Origin: Myxococcales bacterium
GTDB lineage: Bacteria; Myxococcota; Myxococcia; Myxococcales; 40CM-4-68-19
Reading direction: 5' to 3'
Length of the DNA stretch: 64,000 nucleotides
Assembly: GCA_035635635.1 (NCBI GenBank)
Contig: DASQAS010000056.1
Span: 18,666-82,665 of the forward strand
Shown: positions 43,108 to 51,023 of the stretch, piece after piece
Layout of the letters: every line of letters begins with the position of its first letter
Position numbering within the stretch: position 1 is the stretch's first letter
The notes under the pieces: model-generated
The model's database searches: none
What the model was told of the DNA's origin: nothing
The model's input: the letters and a program-made list of their open reading frames with translations, nothing else
Translations under genes and position numbers: made by a program

Positions 43108-45341
43108 GGCTGCGCGCTCCAGGCCTGCAGCAGCCGGGTGAAGTACCAGGGGCTGCGCGCGGCGTCGCCCTGCGACTCGGGAATGGTGAGCGTCGCAGGC
43201 TGGAGGAAGGCCAGGGGATAGATCGGCGCCGGTCCGTTGCGCGCGACGTCGTCCTCCAGGAGCCGCAGGCTGTCCGCGCGCGTCGGCGGCGGTCCGCCTT
43301 GGGCGCCGAGCCAGGCCGGAGGCGGATAGACGATGGAGGACTCGTAGCCGGCGAGCAGCGTGCGACCCGGGCTCTCGCTCACCGCCTGTCCGCCGCTCAG
43401 GTTCTGGTTGCCGGCGGGATGCAGCAGCGGGACCAGCGTCGGGTACTTGCGGTTGTAGTAGTTGCTCGCAACCGTGAGCAGCACGTCCCAGCTCCCCAGC
43501 GCGCCGCGGTGCACCTCGCTCGCCTTCACGCCCGAGACGGAGACGGAGACGCCCTGGGCCGCGGCGACGGCCGCGATGCGCGCGGCGGCGGCGGCCCAGG
43601 GCTCCTCCTGGACGTAGACGAGGCTGAGCGGACGGCAGCCTTCCTCGGCGATCTCGCCGAACGGCTTGGCCTGGCGCCCGACGCAGGCATCCGCGGCGCC
43701 GTCGCCGCCCTTCGGGACCAGGCCGGCCACCGTCCGCGCCCGCGCGTCGCAGGGGGCGCGGTTCTCGCCCGCGCCGAGCGGCTCGCGCAGGTCCCGTTGC
43801 AGCTCGAGCAAGCGGTCCTCGCTGGCCGCGCCCAGCGCATTGAAGAGCCGCCGCACGCAGCGCGTGTTGCCGTCGCGGCGCGCGAAGAGGGCGACCAAGG
43901 ACTCGAAGCCGTCCTCGGCGGGCTCGATCGCCCGGCGGGGTCCGTCCAGGTTCCAGAGGGCGCGGAAGAGGCAGATGCCCGGCTGCTGCCGGCACTGCAG
44001 TCGCCTCTCGGCCACCGACTCGGGCCAGAGCGGCTGGTACCGGACCAGCAGGCGCGATCGCGCGCCCTTCGCTTTCGGCACCTCCGCCGAGCTCTCCAGC
44101 GTGACGTGCAAGGCGTCGTAGTCGGTCAGGTGGAACGGGCCGCTCGCGCCGATGTGGTAGGGGATCTCGTCGGCCGCGAGGTTGGTGAGCGGCGGCTGGA
44201 GCTTGCCCACCGACGCGCGGAGCTGGGCGGCCATGCGCTCCCGCTTGAGCTTGCAGGCGCGCTCGCCGCCTGCCTCGCACCTGAACAAGTCCACCATCGC
44301 CTCGTCGTCGAAGGCGGCGCGCTGCAGGCTGCGCAAGAGCGGGGTGGCGCGCGAGGGCAGGCGCGGATCGAACGGCGCGAACACCGGGAAGGCCAGCGTC
44401 TGCGCCGCCATCTCCGCCTCGTGGGGCCGCTCGACGTCGATGCCGCGGATCAGCAGGCAGAGCCCGCGGGGCTGCCGCTCGAAGAACGCGCGCAGGTCCG
44501 CCGCCGTCTCCGAGCTGCCCGGCGTGCCGAGCGTCGCGGCGTTCCAGGGCTGCGCCTCGATGAAACGGGAAGCGTTGGTTGCGGTCACGGCCTCCGACAC
44601 CAGCGAGCTCAGGTGGACGCTCATGGGGACGGGCCCGCAGGCAGCCGGCGCCACGGAGGACGGCGCGGCCGCCTGCGCCAGCGCCTGGTAGTAGTAGAGG
44701 CTGGCCGCGACGTCGTCGGGGGCGAGATCGGCGTTGCTCCCCTGGAAGCAGGCTCCCTGCGCGCAGGTGCGGACCACGCCGCAGTAGAGCAGCGCGCTCG
44801 CCGCCTTGCTCACCGCGCAGTTCGCCCCTCCGGGCGCGCAGCTCTCGAGCCGGCCGACCTCCAGGATCGAGCCGGGCGCATCGTCCGTCTGCCGGCGCGA
44901 GAGCTGCAGGGCGGGGAGGAAGAGCGCGTCGTGGAGCTGTTGCTCGGTGAGCGTGGCGTACTGGCCGGGGCACAGCGGCGCGACCCGGCCGCTGACCTCG
45001 TAGACCAGCACGTCGCCGACCTCGTCCACCGCCTGCGCTTCGCACTGGTGCGCGGATCCCGCGGTCGCGAAGCGGAGGAACTGGTCCGGCAGGTCCGACT
45101 GCATCGGGCACTTCAGCAATACCGGGCCGGTGGGCTCGCGCACCTTGAGCACCGCGTGGCGGCCGCGGACCGAGTAGGTGGCCTGCTTGCGCACGGCCGG
45201 GGGCAGTGCACGGTCGATGCGCAGCGCTCCCATGCGCTCGGACAAAGACCAGGGCGAAGCCGGCCGCACGGGCGCATTGCTGCGCACGTACGCGGTGCCG
45301 GAAGCGGCGGCCCCCGCAAAGGCCATCGCGATGGCGAACAA
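43104..45341 (-). CDS. Orf-E: exported Cys-rich protein (745 aa), hypothetical
   Basis: A TTG start at 45341 gives the signal-like MFAIAMAFAGAAASGTAYV; an in-frame ATG lies 5 codons downstream. There are about 18 Cys spread through the protein. I recognise no domain. Confidence 0.7.
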   Translation of the reverse strand: MFAIAMAFAGAAASGTAYVRSNAPVRPASPWSLSERMGALRIDRALPPAVRKQATYSVRGRHAVLKVREPTGPVLLKCPMQSDLPDQFLRFATAGSAHQCEAQAVDEVGDVLVYEVSGRVAPLCPGQYATLTEQQLHDALFLPALQLSRRQTDDAPGSILEVGRLESCAPGGANCAVSKAASALLYCGVVRTCAQGACFQGSNADLAPDDVAASLYYYQALAQAAAPSSVAPAACGPVPMSVHLSSLVSEAVTATNASRFIEAQPWNAATLGTPGSSETAADLRAFFERQPRGLCLLIRGIDVERPHEAEMAAQTLAFPVFAPFDPRLPSRATPLLRSLQRAAFDDEAMVDLFRCEAGGERACKLKRERMAAQLRASVGKLQPPLTNLAADEIPYHIGASGPFHLTDYDALHVTLESSAEVPKAKGARSRLLVRYQPLWPESVAERRLQCRQQPGICLFRALWNLDGPRRAIEPAEDGFESLVALFARRDGNTRCVRRLFNALGAASEDRLLELQRDLREPLGAGENRAPCDARARTVAGLVPKGGDGAADACVGRQAKPFGEIAEEGCRPLSLVYVQEEPWAAAAARIAAVAAAQGVSVSVSGVKASEVHRGALGSWDVLLTVASNYYNRKYPTLVPLLHPAGNQNLSGGQAVSESPGRTLLAGYESSIVYPPPAWLGAQGGPPPTRADSLRLLEDDVARNGPAPIYPLAFLQPATLTIPESQGDAARSPWYFTRLLQAWSAQP

Positions 45342-45369
45342 CGTCCTCAGGCAGGACCCTTCTCGGCCG

Positions 45370-47802
45370 TCAGTAGTCCCTCCGCCGAAGGCTGAAGAAA
45401 TAGAAGACCTGGTTGGCTACCGTCGGGGTCAGCGCCATCTCGTAGAGCGAGTCGGTCCGGCGGGGCACGTCGTCGGGATCGGTGAGGTCGGCGACCCGCT
45501 CGTAGATGCGGCCGAGCTGCGGGTGCCGCCCCTGCCGGGTCACGTTCTCGCTGCCGTAGCGGAAGGGATAGGCGCTGGCGATGGCGACCAGCGTGCCAGC
45601 GCCCCCGAGGCGCCGCAGCGTGAGCCGGACTCCGGCGTGGGCGTCGCAACCCAGGGTGAGGCTGCTGGGCGATTCGGGGCTGGACAGGGTCACTTCCTGC
45701 GGGCGCTCCACGCCTTCCGGGCGCGGCGGGCAGATCGGGCCGTCGAACTGCCCTCCGGGCGCCTCGCTGCGCAGCCGCGAGAGCGCCTCGCACGCCTCCT
45801 GCGCGCAGCGATCGAGCTTCTGCACCCACTCGTCGCTGAAGCCGAACGGCGGCGGGAAGTCGAGCCTGCGGCTCTCGGACGGAGCGGGCGCGGCCAGGTC
45901 GGGGCGGTGCAGCCCGAAGATCCTCCGGACGGAGGCAGCCACCTCGTCGGGGCACTTGCCCGAGCGCACCGGGCAGAGGCGGTCCTTCACGGCGTGCCGG
46001 TCGAGCGCCTCGCGGTACGTGGCGCGCAGGCGCCTGCGGATCTCCCGCGCGGTGAGGACCGTCTTGCCGCAGATCAGCGGCTGGGGCAGCAGCTCGAGGA
46101 TGCGCGTGCCCCCTTCCACGAAGATCTTGTACGCGGCGACGGTGCTCACCCGCTGCGCGACGGCCTCGGCGTCGAAGGCCCTGCAGAGGATTTGCGAGGT
46201 GCGCGCCAGGACGCCGCGCGCCAGCTCGTCGTGATCGCGGCGGGGATCGGCCGCGGCGAAGATCTCCTCCAGCCGCTCGGACATGGGCCCGAGGTCCTTG
46301 TCCTCCACGCCCTTGAACAGCTCGGTCAGATCGGGCGCCGGCGGCTCGCAGAGCAGGTCGGACGAGCGGCGCAGCGCGGCCCGCGCGGACGGGATGTCCG
46401 CGACCCGCTCGATGCGCAGGCGCTGCGGATCGCTGCCCAACAGGCGCGCCACGATCACCGCATCTTCGTCCGGGTTGCGGACCGGCGCGGCTCCGGCGCT
46501 CCCGATGCAACGCTTGCCGCGGATCGGCACCGCCTGGTCGCGGACGCGGAAGCCGGCCGGACGCGAGATCCCCGGCACCGGGAGCGCGCTTCCGGAACGG
46601 GCGTTGACCCAGTCGAGGCGCGCCTGCGCGTCGTCGAGGCTCCGGATGCTCGGGAGCCCGGCCAGCCGCTTCTGCAAAGCCGCGGCATCGGGGGCCAGGG
46701 CCACCGTGATCCAGCGCGCGGCGGTGGGCTTGTCCTCCGCCGGGATCGAGGAGAGCTGCGCGGCCGCGTCGAGGTGGGCGCTCGCGCGGAGCCTGGCGCC
46801 GGCGCCCGAGCGCAGCGAGAGCGGCCATCCGTTGGAGCGCGCCGCCGACGCGGCCAGGCCTTCCAGCGCCGCTCCCGCCGCGTCCCAGGCGCGGAACACC
46901 GCGGCCGCGTCGGGAAGGTCGGGCTCGGGGCCGTAGAGCTGGGCGCGGCTGGCATCGAGCTGCGAAATGGCCGCCTGCACCGCCTTGAGCGGTCCATCCA
47001 GGCCGACGCCGCAGCGGCGGGCCTCGCCGGCGAGGCCGTCCGCCAGCTCGCGAAGCTGCGGCGACGGCCGCAGGGGCGCGTCCTGCGGCTGGGTGGCGAA
47101 AGCGCTCTCCACTCCGTTCAGCTCCTGCACCGCGCGGCGGAAGAAGCTGTCCAGCGCTTCCCGAGCGCCAAACAGGCCCGTCAGCTCCACGTCCACCCGG
47201 CACACCTTGCACTCGCGCCGCGGCCAGTCGTCGCGCGCCCGCCGCGGCCGCGAGAGCACGATGGTGAGCGAGCGCTGCCCCGCGCCGGGCGTGACGTCGA
47301 GGATCCGGTCGAACTCCGCGGGCTGGTCGGCGTCCAGCTCCAGCCGGGCGCCGAAGCGCGGCCGCCGGACCAGGACCCGGAGCTTGCCCATGGCCTGCGG
47401 CAGGTCGTCGATGGTGACGCGCAGATCGCCCAGCTCTCCCTCGACTGGGACCTGCACTTCCTGCGAGACCAGGATGCTCTCGCAGCGCAGGCCCGAAGCA
47501 GGCTGCGGCGATGGGGTCGAGCTCCGCACCGTCTGCAGCGGCGCCGAGGCGCAACCGCCGGTTGCGAAGAGGAGGAGCAGGAAGAGGGCCACGAGCACCG
47601 CGGCCAGCGGCGCGCGGCGCCGCAGCCTCCAATGCGCGGCCCAGGGATGGACGCCGGGCTCGAGAGCGAGCCGCAGCGCGGTGCGCGTCCAGGAGACGCG
47701 AATCAGCCCGTCGTCGGGCGCCGGGAGGGCCTTGGCGACCACGACGCTGCCGCGGCCGGCACCCGCCGCTTCGTTGGTCGCGCTTGGGGCGCGGGCGCTC
47801 AT
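45370..47802 (-). CDS. Orf-D: membrane-anchored or lipoprotein-like Cys-rich protein (810 aa), hypothetical
   Basis: ATG at 47802 overlaps the Orf-C TGA. After about 55 aa comes RLRRRAPLAAVLVALFLLLLFATGGCASAP, a signal-anchor or lipobox-like segment. About 14 further Cys follow. I recognise no domain. Confidence 0.7.
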   Translation of the reverse strand: MSARAPSATNEAAGAGRGSVVVAKALPAPDDGLIRVSWTRTALRLALEPGVHPWAAHWRLRRRAPLAAVLVALFLLLLFATGGCASAPLQTVRSSTPSPQPASGLRCESILVSQEVQVPVEGELGDLRVTIDDLPQAMGKLRVLVRRPRFGARLELDADQPAEFDRILDVTPGAGQRSLTIVLSRPRRARDDWPRRECKVCRVDVELTGLFGAREALDSFFRRAVQELNGVESAFATQPQDAPLRPSPQLRELADGLAGEARRCGVGLDGPLKAVQAAISQLDASRAQLYGPEPDLPDAAAVFRAWDAAGAALEGLAASAARSNGWPLSLRSGAGARLRASAHLDAAAQLSSIPAEDKPTAARWITVALAPDAAALQKRLAGLPSIRSLDDAQARLDWVNARSGSALPVPGISRPAGFRVRDQAVPIRGKRCIGSAGAAPVRNPDEDAVIVARLLGSDPQRLRIERVADIPSARAALRRSSDLLCEPPAPDLTELFKGVEDKDLGPMSERLEEIFAAADPRRDHDELARGVLARTSQILCRAFDAEAVAQRVSTVAAYKIFVEGGTRILELLPQPLICGKTVLTAREIRRRLRATYREALDRHAVKDRLCPVRSGKCPDEVAASVRRIFGLHRPDLAAPAPSESRRLDFPPPFGFSDEWVQKLDRCAQEACEALSRLRSEAPGGQFDGPICPPRPEGVERPQEVTLSSPESPSSLTLGCDAHAGVRLTLRRLGGAGTLVAIASAYPFRYGSENVTRQGRHPQLGRIYERVADLTDPDDVPRRTDSLYEMALTPTVANQVFYFFSLRRRDY

Positions 47803-48710
47803 GGCTGGGCGAGCAGCTCGGAGGCCTCGAAGATGCGCTGCAGGTCGCCCGGGAGGAGCGGCTCGAGGGCGGCCGCGCGGCGCGCGAACTCGTCCGTGCA
47901 GGACCGCTGCGCCTCGGGGAAGGCGCGGGCCGAGAGCCGGGCCTCGGTGGTGCGTCCGGAGAACTGCGTCCGCTCTTGCGGGTCGCGGCGCCGGTTGTGG
48001 GCGCGCTCCACCGCCGCGTAGAGCGCGAGGGGATGGACCTGGGGATGCAGCGAGGACAAGGCGTCGAGGTCCAGCGCCAGCGCGCTCTCCTCGTCCCGGC
48101 CCCCGACCAGGTCGTCGAGCACCGCGGCCTCCGCCACCGCGAGTTGCTGGTCGAAGAGATACGTCTGCGCCGGCTCCATGGCCGCGCGGAACGCAGCGCG
48201 GTCGGCCGGCTGCTGGAGCTGGGCGATCGCCACCAGGAACGAGGCGTCGAACTCGCGCACCGCCCACAGCTCGCTGCCCCTGGAGACGAGCGGGATCCTC
48301 AGCCGGGAGAGCGCGTCGAGGTACTCCCGGCGCCGCTCGGGCCGGCCCCGGCCGGCCGGGACCAGGATGAGGATGGGGCGAGCGGCGTCGCGCCACCCCT
48401 GCGGCATCGCCTCGATGGCCTGCTCGGTCAGCTCGATGAAGATCTCCTCGCCGAGCGGCTTCGCCATCAGGAGGTTCCGGACCAGGAGCAGCGGCTCGGC
48501 CTGGCCGAAGAGCCAGGCGTGCAGCGCCTCGCGCTCGGCCCGCTCGAGGCCGTCGAAATCGATCAGCCCGAGCCAGGGCCCCGCGATCCATTCCAGGGCG
48601 GGCTTGCCGCGAACCCGCGTTCCCGGTCCGGGCGCACCCGCGGAGGCGCAAGCGCCGGCGGTCACGGAGAGCATCCGGGTCCAGGTCGCTGCCACATTGA
48701 GGGAAACCAT
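47799..48710 (-). CDS. Orf-C: cytoplasmic hypothetical protein (303 aa)
   Basis: The ATG is preceded by GAGG about 7 nt upstream. There are no TM segments, no signal peptide and no motif I recognise. Third positions are consistently G/C. Confidence 0.6.
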   Translation of the reverse strand: MVSLNVAATWTRMLSVTAGACASAGAPGPGTRVRGKPALEWIAGPWLGLIDFDGLERAEREALHAWLFGQAEPLLLVRNLLMAKPLGEEIFIELTEQAIEAMPQGWRDAARPILILVPAGRGRPERRREYLDALSRLRIPLVSRGSELWAVREFDASFLVAIAQLQQPADRAAFRAAMEPAQTYLFDQQLAVAEAAVLDDLVGGRDEESALALDLDALSSLHPQVHPLALYAAVERAHNRRRDPQERTQFSGRTTEARLSARAFPEAQRSCTDEFARRAAALEPLLPGDLQRIFEASELLAQP

Positions 48711-48765
48711 CGGAACCTCGTGCGCTGTCGTACGTCCGTCGAAGCAAAAAACCCCGGCGAGGTGG

Positions 48766-49686
48766 CTACAGGAGCGAGAGCAGCTGGCGGAACCCCCTCA
48801 TGTGGTCGTATTTCCTGACGTTTCTGAAGAGCTCCGCGAGCTCCTCCGGCGAGGGGAGCGCGGCGGATCCGTCCGCGAGCAGCGCGAGCCCGCCCGGCCG
48901 GTCCTTGGCGGCTGCCACGAACCGGGCGCAGAGGCCCGAGGCGTCGGCCAGCGCGGCCCGGGCGGCGCGCGCCGCCTCGACGAACGCGGGGAGATGCGCG
49001 GGCAGAAGAGCCCAGTGGGCTGGAAGCGACCCGCAGAGCCGCTGGAGATCTCCCCGCAGGTCGGCGGGTCCGGCCAGGAACAGCCGCAGCCCGGCGTGGC
49101 GCACGGATGCGGGGTGGCGCGCCCAGCCCGAGCTGAGCACGCGCAGGACCAGGGTGATCGCGACCTGCGCGGTGAGCACCGGCGTCTGCCGCGCGCCAGC
49201 GTGCAACAGGGCGAACCAGTCGGCCTCGGGGACCGTGGCCAGATCGGGTCCGGCCTGCAGCGCGGGCCGCAGCCTTGCGTCTACGCAATGGAAGGCAAGC
49301 GCGAAGGCCGGGTCGGCGACCAGCGTCTCCAGCTCGGAGACCGCGCCTTCGGGAGATTCCACGGCGGCGGGCGCGCAGAGCCCGTCAACTCCCGGGAGCA
49401 CCTGGTGCAGGCCTTCGTCCTCGAGCGTGACCGCGATCGCCGAGACCGCGAACGCCGGCAAGGCCTCGAAGTCGAAGAGCCACCGGGTCAGGTCCTGCCA
49501 CAGCGTCCGCTCGACCTCCACCTGCGCGACGCCGCTTTCCTGGAGCCGCATCCGCTCGCGCCCGAGCATCCGATCGACCCAGGGCCGCAGCCGCGGAGAC
49601 TTGTCGAGCAGCGCCTCCCAGCGCTGGACCAGCTCGGCTCCGGAGCTGCTCGCGGAGGCCTCCGGCCAGATCCAGTCTGAGCGCAT
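48766..49686 (-). CDS. Orf-B: cytoplasmic hypothetical protein (306 aa)
   Basis: ATG at 49686 lies 10 nt after the Orf-A stop, inside ORF 48766..49854. There are no TM segments or signal peptide, and I recognise no motif. Confidence 0.55.
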   Translation of the reverse strand: MRSDWIWPEASASSSGAELVQRWEALLDKSPRLRPWVDRMLGRERMRLQESGVAQVEVERTLWQDLTRWLFDFEALPAFAVSAIAVTLEDEGLHQVLPGVDGLCAPAAVESPEGAVSELETLVADPAFALAFHCVDARLRPALQAGPDLATVPEADWFALLHAGARQTPVLTAQVAITLVLRVLSSGWARHPASVRHAGLRLFLAGPADLRGDLQRLCGSLPAHWALLPAHLPAFVEAARAARAALADASGLCARFVAAAKDRPGGLALLADGSAALPSPEELAELFRNVRKYDHMRGFRQLLSLL

Positions 49687-49696
49687 CCTGCGCACG

Positions 49697-50917
49697 TCAG
49701 GTCCTCTCCAGCAGCTCGCGGGCGTTCTCCTCCAGCCAGCGCGCCAGCGCCGGCATGCGGACGCGGGCCCGCCCCAGCATTGCCCCCGCATCCTCCGGCC
49801 CCAGCTCGATGCCCAACCGCTGCAGCGCCGAGGATACGTCGCCGGCTTCCGCATTGGATATCGTGCTTCGGACCAATACGGAGGCCGCCTCGAGGATCTC
49901 GCCGGAAGGCACGCCGGACGCCGGAGGCGCGGTCAAAAGCCGGATGGCGAGGTCGTCGGTCCGGTCGGGAAGCCATTCGGCGGACCCGAAACCCGCCTCG
50001 GCGAGGGCAGCGGAGAGGCCGCCGGAGGGGCCTCCCCGGGTGCGCCGCTCGCTGGCGGCGTGCGCGAGCAGCGCGAAGAAGCAGGCTCCGGCCATCTCGG
50101 GAGTCAACGCCTCGGCGCGCGGCAGGAATTTCCCGGACGCGTCGAGCCAGGGCCAGAGGTCGCGGCCGGGTCCGGCGGCGAACCGCGCCAGCAGGGCGCG
50201 CGCGTGCTCCTGCGTCCGGTGCTCGTCGTTGCGGCGCCGCAAGCGCTTGCGGGCGTTCCCGGCCGCGGCCTGGAGCAGGCTGGGAAGATAGGCTCCGCGG
50301 GCCTCCATGCCGGACCGGGTCGATCGGCCCGTCGGGTGGGGGAGCCAGAGGCGATCCTGCACCGCTGTCCAGGCGGCTCCGTGGGGGTGGCCGGCGTGCC
50401 GGAATGCCGCATACGCCGTCTGGGCGATCTTCAGCACACGAACCACGAACGCCGCGAAGGGCTCTACGCGCAACGTACGCTGTCCGACCCCGTGCAGTAC
50501 CTGACGCACCGTGGACCTCGGCGTGCGCGAACCGAGGAGCCGCTGGGCCACCGACTCCAGCTCCGCCACGCTGCGCAAGAGGGCCCAGGTGAGGGCGAAG
50601 CCCTCCGCCTTGCCCAGCGCCAGCGCCGCTTGCGCCAGCCACTCCCGCGTCGCCACGGGCAGGGCGGGCCGGGGTGAGGGGCAGGAACGCCAGGAAGCCG
50701 GGTCCATCGCCAGGTCGACGGCGCGCTCCGCATCCGCCCCGAGGCGGGCGCGAAGCTCGGGGGGAAAGAGCAGCCTGGCGTCCAGATCGCTGCGGCGGCG
50801 GCCCCGGGTGGGGGCGCGCACGAACCAGGACGCCAGCGAGACCCCCGACGGGCGGCGCTCGTCCCGCGCCTCGAAGGCCAGCCGGAGACATGACTCGAGC
50901 TGCGGAAGTGGCTCCAT
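49697..50917 (-). CDS. Orf-A: cytoplasmic hypothetical protein (406 aa), first gene of the operon
   Basis: ATG at 50917 follows a 106-nt divergent intergenic region. The protein is helical and Arg/Ala/Leu-rich, with no motif I recognise. Confidence 0.6.
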   Translation of the reverse strand: MEPLPQLESCLRLAFEARDERRPSGVSLASWFVRAPTRGRRRSDLDARLLFPPELRARLGADAERAVDLAMDPASWRSCPSPRPALPVATREWLAQAALALGKAEGFALTWALLRSVAELESVAQRLLGSRTPRSTVRQVLHGVGQRTLRVEPFAAFVVRVLKIAQTAYAAFRHAGHPHGAAWTAVQDRLWLPHPTGRSTRSGMEARGAYLPSLLQAAAGNARKRLRRRNDEHRTQEHARALLARFAAGPGRDLWPWLDASGKFLPRAEALTPEMAGACFFALLAHAASERRTRGGPSGGLSAALAEAGFGSAEWLPDRTDDLAIRLLTAPPASGVPSGEILEAASVLVRSTISNAEAGDVSSALQRLGIELGPEDAGAMLGRARVRMPALARWLEENARELLERT

Positions 50918-51023
50918 CCCCTCGCTGACCTGCGTCCGGTGTTGAAGGTGACCGTGGCCCCCCGTTTGCGGTCACGCCAAAGTCCCGCTAGGACATACGT
51001 TCGGGACGGCCGGAGAATTCATC

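Noticed and set aside
48711-48765. A T6 tract (minus strand ...GCCGGGGTTTTTTGC) in the 55-nt Orf-B/Orf-C spacer, considered as an internal intrinsic terminator.
   Set aside because: I could not find a convincing upstream GC hairpin pairing with the G-rich segment. It may be an attenuator at most and is noted only within the operon description.
45178-50975. Other long ORFs across Orf-A to Orf-D: 45178..48021 (+), 45347..47632 (-), 46967..48370 (+), 48800..50677 (+), 49488..50975 (-) and the 5' extensions of 45370..48747 and 48766..49854.
   Set aside because: Their composition is Arg/Pro/Gly runs. They lack start-site context and conflict with the coupled gene chain. They are treated as GC-driven artefacts.
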